From a virus, in IMG/VR virus record IMGVR_UViG_3300008262_000008: a stretch of 64,000 bases of DNA. One strand, 5' to 3'. Positions 26,684 through 35,822 of the stretch are shown here, one piece after another. The notes below the pieces were generated by a model. That model did not search any database. It saw only the letters and a list, made by a program, of their open reading frames with translations, and was not told the origin of the DNA. Made by a program: the position numbers and the translations under genes. The first letter of the stretch is position 1. The number at the start of each line of letters is the position of its first letter.

Positions 26684-27489
26684 ACGGGTTCATCTTCTCC
26701 AGTTACAGGATTCCAATTTTGTGCATCAGTGAAATCTGAATACAGTTCATCAAATCCAAAATTATCATCTGCGTTTGCTGATAGTGGATCAGGTTGAACT
26801 GTATATCTAACTTCTCTAGTTGCGTTAGTAACATCTGTCGATGTATAGTAATCAACTTGTGCCTTACGAATAGTCTTGAAGTCTTCATCTTCTGTTCTGA
26901 TTGGACCATAATAATAAGTTTTAACATTAAATGACAATGTATAAACTATGGTTCTCCTTTCTGTGAAATCACCCTCATAGTTATCTTCATAGGATACATT
27001 CTCTAAAACAACAGGAATATCTTTAGTTTCATCACTGTTAGGAACCATCTTAACAGTCAAGTTGTAATGAGGTTGAAAATGTGGTAAAATTTGTTCTAAG
27101 ATTTGTAAGGCATCATCTTGATTTTTTGCAATGATACCTAGTTCAAATGATAGATTATATGGAACAGGCATGTATTGATGCTTCTGTTTATTATTTGCAT
27201 CAACAACTTTAATTGCTTGAGTTGGAGAAACTTTTCTGCTGCCATCATATGCAAGTCCAGTCATTTCAAAAGAAATTCTTGGAAGAGTAATTTGAATTTT
27301 TTGTGCAGTAATATCAGGTTGCTCTAGAATTCTTGCTAGGAATTTTTGCTTTGGACCATATGCAAGAGGAACTTTCATTACCTCTGTTTTGCTATTTGAC
27401 GTTCTTCTCAATTGTATATTGTTGAAAAGAGTACCAAAACCAACAATGGTCTTCTTAGTTAATTCGTGATAAAAATACTGTCCTAACAT
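26680..27489 (-). CDS. gp15: Tail terminator / sheath stabiliser
   Basis: YFYHELTKKTIVGFGTLFN, VPLAYGPKQKF, LPRISFE, LQILEQILPHFQP. Confidence 0.93.
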   Translation of the reverse strand: MLGQYFYHELTKKTIVGFGTLFNNIQLRRTSNSKTEVMKVPLAYGPKQKFLARILEQPDITAQKIQITLPRISFEMTGLAYDGSRKVSPTQAIKVVDANNKQKHQYMPVPYNLSFELGIIAKNQDDALQILEQILPHFQPHYNLTVKMVPNSDETKDIPVVLENVSYEDNYEGDFTERRTIVYTLSFNVKTYYYGPIRTEDEDFKTIRKAQVDYYTSTDVTNATREVRYTVQPDPLSANADDNFGFDELYSDFTDAQNWNPVTGEDEPV

Positions 27490-28379
27490 TAGAACTTATC
27501 TCCCATGTTTCCAATTTCCCCAAAGGGATTTTTCTCCGAAAAATCTAAAATCAGATTTCCCTTAGTCTCAAAATATTTATTCATTGCACCTTCAAAACTA
27601 TCCATAGCATAACTATCTAGAATTGTTATAGTCCAGTTTGCAGTGTTGTCTGCGTTTTTAACTGCTTCATTATCTTTAAATGTGCCAGTAAGATCTCTAA
27701 GTACAAGTTTTCTTGTAGTTGGATTCCAAGAAACAACAACTCCTTGTGCCTGACTAGTCTGACCAGTTACAGTCTGACCAGCAACAAAAGTTCCAGTTCC
27801 GCCTGCTGACATATTTAGACTTAAACTATAAGCAGATTCATCTTCAACTTCATCAACCTCAGTAATTCCAGTATCAAGAGTTTCATCACTATATTCAAAT
27901 AGTTCACATCTCAATTCCCATACATATCCTTTACCTAATGGATAAAATGGGGATTGGTGATCAACAAATTTAATTTCAAAAATATCGTTAGACAATGGCA
28001 TGTAGATTAAGTCACCTTCATTTGGTCTACCCTCTGCAATTAATGTTGCATTATCATCAACCAAATCTTTAAATCTTTTTCTTGCGATAACAAAAGTTGT
28101 CTGCTCAGCAATACGAATTCCAAATTTTGTATATAAATTTCCTTCTCCTTCTAATCCTTGAGCATTAGGAAAAAATGCTTCAATTTGGTATGAGGATGAA
28201 AATGTTGACATAGCATCTTCACCAAATAAAGAATCATAATTTGCTAAAGTTCTTGGTATGTAATATACTTCCATACCAAACATTTTAATTTGTTCTACGA
28301 CTAGACTTTCTATGAGGTTCTGCTCCCCAGAAGACCCCATAGTAATTCCAGTATTATTGAAGTATGGATTTCTTGGCAT
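27489..28379 (-). CDS. gp14: Neck protein
   Basis: EQIKMFGMEVYYIPR, RPNEGDLIYMP, FDFSEKNPFG-type C-terminus. Confidence 0.93.
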   Translation of the reverse strand: MPRNPYFNNTGITMGSSGEQNLIESLVVEQIKMFGMEVYYIPRTLANYDSLFGEDAMSTFSSSYQIEAFFPNAQGLEGEGNLYTKFGIRIAEQTTFVIARKRFKDLVDDNATLIAEGRPNEGDLIYMPLSNDIFEIKFVDHQSPFYPLGKGYVWELRCELFEYSDETLDTGITEVDEVEDESAYSLSLNMSAGGTGTFVAGQTVTGQTSQAQGVVVSWNPTTRKLVLRDLTGTFKDNEAVKNADNTANWTITILDSYAMDSFEGAMNKYFETKGNLILDFSEKNPFGEIGNMGDKF

Positions 28380-28383
28380 ATTC

Positions 28384-29190
28384 TTAACCTATCATATCTA
28401 ATGGTGGAAGTTCGTATGTCGTTCTTAACTTCTCTTCCAACTTTTCAATTTCAATTAATGCATCTTGGAATATTTTATCTCCATTTAAGGTGACGCCACC
28501 TGGAAGTTGAACGTTGTTGTATTTGGTTAAGTTCTGACCCCACTGCTTTTTAAATAATGCAGTGGTATATTCTTTTAACCAAAGATTATTCCAAGCATCA
28601 GAAACATCTGCAGGATTTAATGCCCTGTAACAGTCAACTAAAATATAATCTCCTACTCCAATTTCATCCCAGTTGATGTCCAAATATAATTTTCTATCAT
28701 GAACATTAAATCTAGTTCTCTTCCACATACTAGCATTAGTAACAAAATCTAAAGTCTCTAAGTAACTCTTTACCATATAATAATGTAAAACTTGTGCCGA
28801 GGTAAAGGCATAGATATCATTTAAGAAAATTTGATATTTAATATTAAAAATGTTTGCAGGTACAGCATTTGCAGTACTCAATTGAGTATGAACATCATTA
28901 ATTCCTAAAATATAATCTGGTACTTCAATGTATGTATTTTGTGTTGAAAAATCAGTTCCAGTAATGTTGGTTGCAGTTTTTGCAGCATCTCTCATTTCCT
29001 GAGTGAACTGAGTTTTTAGCATCATTCTTTCAGATCCATCTCCATGAAATTGCCAAAAATATTGCAATGCCATATCAATAAGATCTTCTAGTTGATCATC
29101 GGCAACATTAATTTCTAGTACTGGTGCTCCCAATCTACGCAAACACCAAGCTTTTAATTCTGCTCTGCTAGCTGGTCTATTCGTTGACAT
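28384..29190 (-). CDS. gp13: Neck protein
   Basis: LRRLGAPVLEINVADDQLED, KKQWGQNLTKY, LPGGVTLNG, PPLDMIG. Confidence 0.93.
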   Translation of the reverse strand: MSTNRPASRAELKAWCLRRLGAPVLEINVADDQLEDLIDMALQYFWQFHGDGSERMMLKTQFTQEMRDAAKTATNITGTDFSTQNTYIEVPDYILGINDVHTQLSTANAVPANIFNIKYQIFLNDIYAFTSAQVLHYYMVKSYLETLDFVTNASMWKRTRFNVHDRKLYLDINWDEIGVGDYILVDCYRALNPADVSDAWNNLWLKEYTTALFKKQWGQNLTKYNNVQLPGGVTLNGDKIFQDALIEIEKLEEKLRTTYELPPLDMIG

Positions 29191-29203
29191 TTTTCGTTAC
29201 CTC

Positions 29204-32200
29204 TTATACTGCATCAAATGCATTTGTACTGCTAATTGGATAATTTACTGCTCCACTCGTTAAAGTTTCACCTCGTAAAAATACTCCACTAATCGCATTT
29301 ACACTAATAACTGCTGGAGTATTGACTGAATCATATGCAGTAATTGTTGCTGTAGCACCACTAGTAGATCCAGTTACAGTTGAACCATTAGTATATGTTC
29401 CTGATCCCCCACCACCGCTGAATGAAATAGTTGGCGCTGAAGTATAATCTGAACCAGAACTAGTAATAACTAAACTTGTTACAACTCCACTACTGAGAAC
29501 TGCAGTAGCAGCTGCCCCTGATCCACCGCCTCCAGTGAATGTTACGGTAGGCGCTGATGTATAACCAGAACCTCCAGCAGTAACGTTATATCCAGTAACA
29601 CCCATACTAATTGTTGAAGATGCAGCGGCAGCAGACCCACCGCCTCCACTAAAGGAAACTGAAGGTGCAGAAGTGTATCCAGACCCGCCGCCAGTCAATG
29701 TTATATTTGAAACATATCCTGTAATTGTCGAGGTTGCAGTAGCACCTGTTCCACCTCCACCACTAAAGGAAACAGCAGGAGCAGAAGTATATCCAGAACC
29801 TCCAGCGGTAACAGTAACGGAAGAGACATTATAACCAATAGTTGCACTAGCCGTAGCACTTGAACCGTCTCCAGTGATTGATACTACAGTTGCGTTAGTA
29901 TAACCAGAACCACCACTATTAACAGTAATACTTGCAATAGCATATCCTAAAGTTACAGTAGCAACTAATCCAGCGCCCCCTGCAACACTAACTGTTGGAG
30001 GAAGTGTATAACCTGAACCACCTGCACTTACTGTGATAGCAGTAATTATACCACTTGCATCAGTTGTTGCTGTAGCAACAGCACCAGATCCACCGCCACC
30101 GCCACTAAATGTGACTGGCAGTGTGGAACTTGGAGCATATCCTGCTCCACCATTAGTTACTGCAATTGTCTTAACAGAACCACTAGAAGCTAAGTTAGCA
30201 GTTGCTGTAGCACCAGTACCAATACTGAATGAAACTGAAGGTGCAGTTGTATATCCAGAACCACCAGCAGTCACAGTAACACTCTTAACTGCACCTGTAC
30301 TAGATAGAGTAGACGTTGCAGTAGCACCTGTTCCACCTCCACCAGTAAATCCAACTGAAGGTGCTGAAGTGTATCCAGAACCGCCACCAGTTACGGATAC
30401 AGTGTTAACATATACGAATACAGATGCTGTAGCAGATGCTCCAGATCCTCCTCCACCACTAAAGGAAACTGAAGGTGCTGAAGTGTATCCAGAACCGCCA
30501 GATCCTAAAGAAACACTGTTTACTGGTCCACTGATGCTTGAAGTTGCCTTGGCACCAATCGCAGTAATATTAATCTTCATTCCAGTTGTAGAATCAAGAT
30601 TATTCAATAAAGCTTCAAATTGATCATATACAGAATTCATCTTATTCTGCATATCACTAATATAATCACTAATTTTAGATAAAGTGACACTTGGAATATC
30701 TGCAGCAGATAAAGTAGTACCACTTGTTGCTCTACCCTTAGCATCTACAGTAACTTTTGTATAAGTTCCAGCAGTTACTCCACTATTTGCTAGAGTAGTT
30801 GATATTGTTGCATTAGCACTACCATTAAAGTTAGCAGAACCTGTTGCATCTCCAGAAAGCGCAATGGTTCTTGTATTTTGTAATGTGGTAGCAGTAGAAG
30901 CATTACCAGTTAATGCTGCAGTAATTGTTCCTGCTGTAAAATTACCAGAAGCATCGCGTGCTACTAGAGTTGATGCAGTATTTGATGAAGTTGCATTAGT
31001 TGCAATAGTTACTGCAGAAGATCCATTATATGAAGTTCCTGTGAGATAAGTTCCAAATGTTAAAGTATTTAAGTTATTACCTAATGTTACCCCAGAGATT
31101 GTATTAGCAGCAAGTTTTGATACTGCAATTGCTGCAGTAGAACTAATATTACTATTACTTACTACACCAGCAGAAAGAGTAGTTGCTAGTGCAACGTTTG
31201 CACCACCATTGAATGATACCGCTGATGCTGTTACATCACCAGTGATACTGAAGTTTCTAGAAGTTTGAAGTGTAGTTGCAGTTGTAGAGTTGCCTGATAA
31301 TGCTCCAGAGAACGTTGTTGAAGAAAGTGTACCTGTAGAAGGATTATATGTTAACTTTGTGCTGGAAACTTTTGATGGAAGGTCTCCAGTATTTGCCGTT
31401 ACGAAGGTTAGATAATGAGTACTGTTAGTTGCATTATCATCAGTAATTGTGGTATTTGTAGCATTAGTTGCTGTTCCACTCAATGAAGCAGTAATAGTTC
31501 CTGCTGTAAAATTACCAGATGCATTTCTCAGTACAAGAGTTGATGCTGTATTTGCAGAAGTTGCATTTGTACCTAGAGTAACATTTCCAGCAACTCCAGT
31601 TGCATTACTAACTGTTAGTCCAGATCCAGCAGTAACATCTACTTGTCTAGTTACTGCAGTTCCAGATCCAGTTCGAACAATAATACCAGTAGTTGTTAAG
31701 TCTCTTAGTGCTACTAAATCCGTGTCTACAATCGATGCTGTTAATGTTACATCTGATCCACCATTAACTGAAACACTTCCACTTAAATCGCCACCTAAAG
31801 AAAGAGTTCTAGCAGTCTGCCATGTTGACGCAGTTGTTGCGTTTCCTGAGAGTGCAGCAGTGATAGTCCCAGCACTAAAGTTTCCAGAAGAATCGCGCAC
31901 CACAACAGTACTAACAACATTATTTGATGCTGTATCAAGACCATTTAGGAAGTTTGCATTTAAATTGTTTACCCTTGTGGTAGAAGCAACAACAAATGGA
32001 GCAGTTCCAGTTGTTACAGTTGAAGTTAATTGACCTGAAGTTGTAATTGCCGTGATATTAGTAAGTGCTCTAGCAGAACTAATTACTTGAGTGTTACCTA
32101 CAAATAAACCTCTACTATTGACAATATTAACGTGTTGATTGAAGTCCCAAGAAGTTGTTGAGTTTGTATATGTAATAGTTTTATCCGTCGCCCCGCGAAG

Positions 32201-35200
32201 TGTGATTCCTCCACCGTCAGCTGTGGAATCTGTTGGAGAAGCTACACTACCAAGTTCAATATTTTTATCATCAACTGTAACTGTTGTCGAATTTACAGTT
32301 GTTGTAGTGCCATTAACGGTGACGTTACCAGTAACTGTTAGATCACCACCTACAGTTAAGTTTTGACTTGCTGCTAAGGTTATAGGAGCATTGAATGTTG
32401 AAGTAGCATTAACAGTTAAGGTATCAGATGATGCATCACCTAAAGTGGTATTAGCATTAGCAACTAGGTTTCCAGATAAAGTAGTTACTCCTGTTACTCC
32501 TAATGTTCCTGCAACTGTAGTGTTTCCAGAAGAAGCTTCAACAAAGAATTTAGGACTGGTTAATCCTGAGGTTGGATTAACATAAACATTTCCAGTAAAA
32601 ATACTTCTCTTATCAACTACAAGACCACCATACGAACGTAGTGCTACATCTGTATCACCGTTGCTATCTGCATCTCTTTGGAAAATAGTACTTGCACTAA
32701 TGTTTCCTTTAAAGGAAGCAGAACCACTATATGACTGAGCACCAGCAACATCAATATCACCATAAACTTTTAAAGTTCCAGCAATTAATACATTTTCTCC
32801 AAAAGATGAACCACCTGTTACTCTTAAAGCACCTGCAGCAGTATAGGATGATGGAGTAGTGCTTGCTGCAGTAGCATTAGTGATGGAAGTTACTCCAGTT
32901 ACTCCTAAAGTATTATTGACTTGAGTTGCACCATTTAGCGTAACTCCACCAGTAAATGTTGATGTACTAGTTACACCTAGAGTACCAGTGATTGTGGCGT
33001 TGTTATTAACAATTAATGCAGTTCCTGCTCCAGTTAAAGTTAAGTTACCAGCAATGATACCAGCATCAGTTCCAGAAACAACCTCAGATGTATTTGTAAC
33101 TGCACTTAAGAATACATACTTTGATAGATCTGTGTTCCATCCAAAGAACCCTAAACGTGCTTGAGTATCATAGTATCTAAATTGAACACCGCGATCTTTA
33201 TTATCATTTGAAGTTGGTGCTGTATCACCATTAATAGTAATAATGGGGTCATCAATTGTTAAGGTTGTAGCATTAATAGTTCCACTTGCTCCATTTAAAG
33301 TAGTATTGCCAGTAACTATTAAGTCTCCACCTACAGTTAAGTTTTGACTTGCTGCTAAAGTTACAGGAGCATTAAATGTTGAGGTGGCATTAACAGTTAA
33401 GGTATCAGATGATGCATTACCTAAAGTTGAATTGGCCTCGGCAATTAAATTATTTGTTAATGTTGTAACACCAGTAACACCTAAAGTTCCTGCAATTGTT
33501 GTGTTACCTGATGCAGCAATAACGTTAAATTTATTTGTATTGATATTAAAGTTGCCAGTTAAATCTAAAATTCCAGCAATATCAGTATTTCCACTAGCAG
33601 CAGTAATATTAAATTTATTTGTATTGATAGCAACATCATTGAATAAATTAGTAACTCCTGTTACTGAAAGTGCATTATCTACTCCAACACTTCCTTTAAC
33701 AGTTAGAGTTCCTGCAGTGCTATTATCTTGATTAGGATCAAGAATAATATCTCCAGTTGCACTTAAAGTATTTGCTGCAAAGCGAATACTTTCTAAAGTT
33801 ACATAACTATTGGTTGATCCAATAGTAATTTCTTCGTCAGCAGTAATATTTAATAATGCATTTCCTGCACCAGAGTTAGTTGAGGTAATTGCAAGAGTTC
33901 TGTTTGCAGCATTATTACCAGATAGACTTAGTGTAATATTTTCTGCAGATCCTACAGTCAATCCACCACTCTTAATAAAGGTAATATTTTGACTAAACTC
34001 AGATGGAGTATCAACTGACATTTTGGCGTTAGTGCCGCCAACCTCAAACATTCTAGAACCACCAGAATTAACTTTCAGTTCTGAAATAGTTCTAAAACCA
34101 TTGTATGTATTAATTTGATCTAGGTCATAATTTGTTGATGTAGTGCCATCATTAAATGTAATTCTAGAATTCTGAAGTTGTGTGTTATCAACACCACCAG
34201 TGGCAATCGTAACATGACCAGCAGCAGTAACTCCAAAATCTTCTTGATCGAATGATGCTAATCCTTTCTGTGGAGTTACTGAGGAAGCAATAAATTCCCA
34301 TGAACCTGTTGTTCCACTAGTATGCGTAGGTTGAGTTCCACCAGTAATTGCAGCAACAGCTTGATATAGTCTTCCACCATTAACTACTTTATCTCCTCTT
34401 GAATATGCAGTAGAAACAGACCATGCAGATGCAGTTGTTCCTGATACTGCAGTTGCGATAGGGACTGTTAAAGCTGCAGTAAGTCTTCCCCACTGATCAA
34501 CAGTAAATTTGGTTGTATTTACTGTTTGTGTGCCTGTACCTACAGATGTGAGACTTTCAGTATTATAGTCACCAGCAACAACTGTAGTATTAATTAAATC
34601 TAGTGTTGGATTACCTAAAACTCCATTGCCATCAACAACACTAATTCTTCCTGCGGTTCCTGTAACTGTTCTCATCCCAATAGAACCGTCTGCAGTTTTT
34701 GCGTAAATGCCAATGTTGGTATTTTCTGCAATTGCTCTTAAATCTCTATCAAATGGTTGGGCAGATTGACCTTCAACAGTTCCATCTAGTCCATAACCTT
34801 GAATAGTTGTGGGGTTACTAGCATTGATTACACGACCACCAGAATCAACGGTAACTTTTGTATATGTTCCAGTTGCACTTTCATTTGCTGGATTATAGTG
34901 TGGTAGAGTACTAATTAATCCAAATTTAGTTGAAATAGTTAAGTTGGCAGAACCATCAAAAGTTCCAGAACCAACAGAGTCTCCAATTAATGTAATAAGA
35001 CGAGTATTAGCAAGTCTAGTAGCACTTGCAGCATTTCCAATCAGAGATCCAGTGATAACACCTGCTGCAAAGTTACCATCAGCATCTCTTTGTACTAATG
35101 TATTTGGAGAATTGTCAGTAGCAATTTCTGGCGTAACATATCCCAATAAGTTCCATGGGGTTGCACCATCACCGATTTTAAATCTTCGGGTATTAAGTTC

Positions 35201-35287
35201 AATTCCAATTTCACCTTGAGCCAAAGTGGGATTAGCATTACTCCACTCAGACGAATCACCTCTTCTTAGTTGTATTCTATTTGCCAT
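29204..35287 (-). CDS. Tail fibre-like protein, 2027 aa
   Basis: Mtd-type N-terminus (RIQLRRG...NPTLAQGEIGIE...FKIGDG), YTKVTVD.xGR fibre motifs, a carbohydrate-binding-like module, Thr/Gly/Ala-rich shaft repeats and C-terminal GGSGYTSAP repeats. Confidence 0.85.
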   Translation of the reverse strand: MANRIQLRRGDSSEWSNANPTLAQGEIGIELNTRRFKIGDGATPWNLLGYVTPEIATDNSPNTLVQRDADGNFAAGVITGSLIGNAASATRLANTRLITLIGDSVGSGTFDGSANLTISTKFGLISTLPHYNPANESATGTYTKVTVDSGGRVINASNPTTIQGYGLDGTVEGQSAQPFDRDLRAIAENTNIGIYAKTADGSIGMRTVTGTAGRISVVDGNGVLGNPTLDLINTTVVAGDYNTESLTSVGTGTQTVNTTKFTVDQWGRLTAALTVPIATAVSGTTASAWSVSTAYSRGDKVVNGGRLYQAVAAITGGTQPTHTSGTTGSWEFIASSVTPQKGLASFDQEDFGVTAAGHVTIATGGVDNTQLQNSRITFNDGTTSTNYDLDQINTYNGFRTISELKVNSGGSRMFEVGGTNAKMSVDTPSEFSQNITFIKSGGLTVGSAENITLSLSGNNAANRTLAITSTNSGAGNALLNITADEEITIGSTNSYVTLESIRFAANTLSATGDIILDPNQDNSTAGTLTVKGSVGVDNALSVTGVTNLFNDVAINTNKFNITAASGNTDIAGILDLTGNFNINTNKFNVIAASGNTTIAGTLGVTGVTTLTNNLIAEANSTLGNASSDTLTVNATSTFNAPVTLAASQNLTVGGDLIVTGNTTLNGASGTINATTLTIDDPIITINGDTAPTSNDNKDRGVQFRYYDTQARLGFFGWNTDLSKYVFLSAVTNTSEVVSGTDAGIIAGNLTLTGAGTALIVNNNATITGTLGVTSTSTFTGGVTLNGATQVNNTLGVTGVTSITNATAASTTPSSYTAAGALRVTGGSSFGENVLIAGTLKVYGDIDVAGAQSYSGSASFKGNISASTIFQRDADSNGDTDVALRSYGGLVVDKRSIFTGNVYVNPTSGLTSPKFFVEASSGNTTVAGTLGVTGVTTLSGNLVANANTTLGDASSDTLTVNATSTFNAPITLAASQNLTVGGDLTVTGNVTVNGTTTTVNSTTVTVDDKNIELGSVASPTDSTADGGGITLRGATDKTITYTNSTTSWDFNQHVNIVNSRGLFVGNTQVISSARALTNITAITTSGQLTSTVTTGTAPFVVASTTRVNNLNANFLNGLDTASNNVVSTVVVRDSSGNFSAGTITAALSGNATTASTWQTARTLSLGGDLSGSVSVNGGSDVTLTASIVDTDLVALRDLTTTGIIVRTGSGTAVTRQVDVTAGSGLTVSNATGVAGNVTLGTNATSANTASTLVLRNASGNFTAGTITASLSGTATNATNTTITDDNATNSTHYLTFVTANTGDLPSKVSSTKLTYNPSTGTLSSTTFSGALSGNSTTATTLQTSRNFSITGDVTASAVSFNGGANVALATTLSAGVVSNSNISSTAAIAVSKLAANTISGVTLGNNLNTLTFGTYLTGTSYNGSSAVTIATNATSSNTASTLVARDASGNFTAGTITAALTGNASTATTLQNTRTIALSGDATGSANFNGSANATISTTLANSGVTAGTYTKVTVDAKGRATSGTTLSAADIPSVTLSKISDYISDMQNKMNSVYDQFEALLNNLDSTTGMKINITAIGAKATSSISGPVNSVSLGSGGSGYTSAPSVSFSGGGGSGASATASVFVYVNTVSVTGGGSGYTSAPSVGFTGGGGTGATATSTLSSTGAVKSVTVTAGGSGYTTAPSVSFSIGTGATATANLASSGSVKTIAVTNGGAGYAPSSTLPVTFSGGGGGSGAVATATTDASGIITAITVSAGGSGYTLPPTVSVAGGAGLVATVTLGYAIASITVNSGGSGYTNATVVSITGDGSSATASATIGYNVSSVTVTAGGSGYTSAPAVSFSGGGGTGATATSTITGYVSNITLTGGGSGYTSAPSVSFSGGGGSAAAASSTISMGVTGYNVTAGGSGYTSAPTVTFTGGGGSGAAATAVLSSGVVTSLVITSSGSDYTSAPTISFSGGGGSGTYTNGSTVTGSTSGATATITAYDSVNTPAVISVNAISGVFLRGETLTSGAVNYPISSTNAFDAV
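29410..30520 (-). repeat. About 10 copies of the GG(S/A)GYTxAPxVxFxGGGGxGAxATA motif at the fibre C-terminus
   Basis: Counted in the translation; visible on the plus strand as recurring gtatatccagaacc...ccaccgcc motifs. Confidence 0.85.
32313..33516 (-). repeat. Internal ~76-aa duplication in the fibre shaft (copies at ~32313-32536 and ~33293-33516)
   Basis: GNTT(I/V)AGTLGVTGVTTL...ASSDTLTVNATSTFNAP(V/I)TLAASQNLTVGGDL occurs twice; the DNA ccacctacagttaagttttgacttgctgctaa is shared. Confidence 0.85.
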
Positions 35288-35333
35288 TTGCTCTAGAAAT
35301 CCTCTACTATATTTCTATAATTAGTCTCTTATG

Positions 35334-35341
35334 TATTTATA
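35334..35341 (-). promoter_or_regulatory. Late promoter for the fibre gene
   Basis: Minus strand TATAAATA immediately after a terminator. Confidence 0.75.
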
Positions 35342-35349
35342 CTATCAAT

Positions 35350-35375
35350 AAAAAAAGGGGAAGTGTATTTCCCCT
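35350..35375 (-). terminator. Rho-independent terminator
   Basis: Minus strand AGGGGAA-ATACAC-TTCCCCT followed by a T-run. Confidence 0.8.
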
Positions 35376-35385
35376 CACAAACATT

Positions 35386-35589
35386 TCACTCTTCAGATTT
35401 TTCCTCTTCCGTTTCTTCGGGTTGATTTAAATAATTTAGTGTTTCAATCGCTCCAGCTAGTTTCAAAATAGTAATCTCATTTTCTTTAATTTTCTTTGCC
35501 AAACCTTCATTTTCTTGAAGTAGTGTATTATACTGTTTGGTAAAATCAGCTAACAGCTCTTCAGAACTAGTCTTTTCAATTGCCATCAT
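35386..35589 (-). CDS. Small coiled-coil hypothetical protein
   Basis: 67 aa with heptad pattern (...ILKLAGAIETLNYL); AGGAG SD. Confidence 0.7.
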   Translation of the reverse strand: MMAIEKTSSEELLADFTKQYNTLLQENEGLAKKIKENEITILKLAGAIETLNYLNQPEETEEEKSEE

Positions 35590-35821
35590 CAGTTCTCCTT
35601 AATAATTCTAGTAGTAAATTTTTGATGTCAGAAACATCAGATTGTAACATGTTAACATCACTTCTCAAATTTTGCAACTCTTTTTTTCTTTTTTGATTTG
35701 CTTCATAATTAGACATGTATCTATCATATTCAGTTTTGTCCACATTTAATATTGCACCAGATCTAGCATCTCTGACAAGACCTGCTTCATCTTCAACGGG
35801 TATTAAAAAATCATCATTCAT
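35576..35821 (-). CDS. Small coiled-coil protein following the DUF4815-type gene
   Basis: LVRDARSGAILNVD followed by coiled coil ...DVSDIKNLLLELL, typical of T4-like cyanophages at this position. Confidence 0.75.
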   Translation of the reverse strand: MNDDFLIPVEDEAGLVRDARSGAILNVDKTEYDRYMSNYEANQKRKKELQNLRSDVNMLQSDVSDIKNLLLELLRRTDDGN

Positions 35822-35822
35822 T

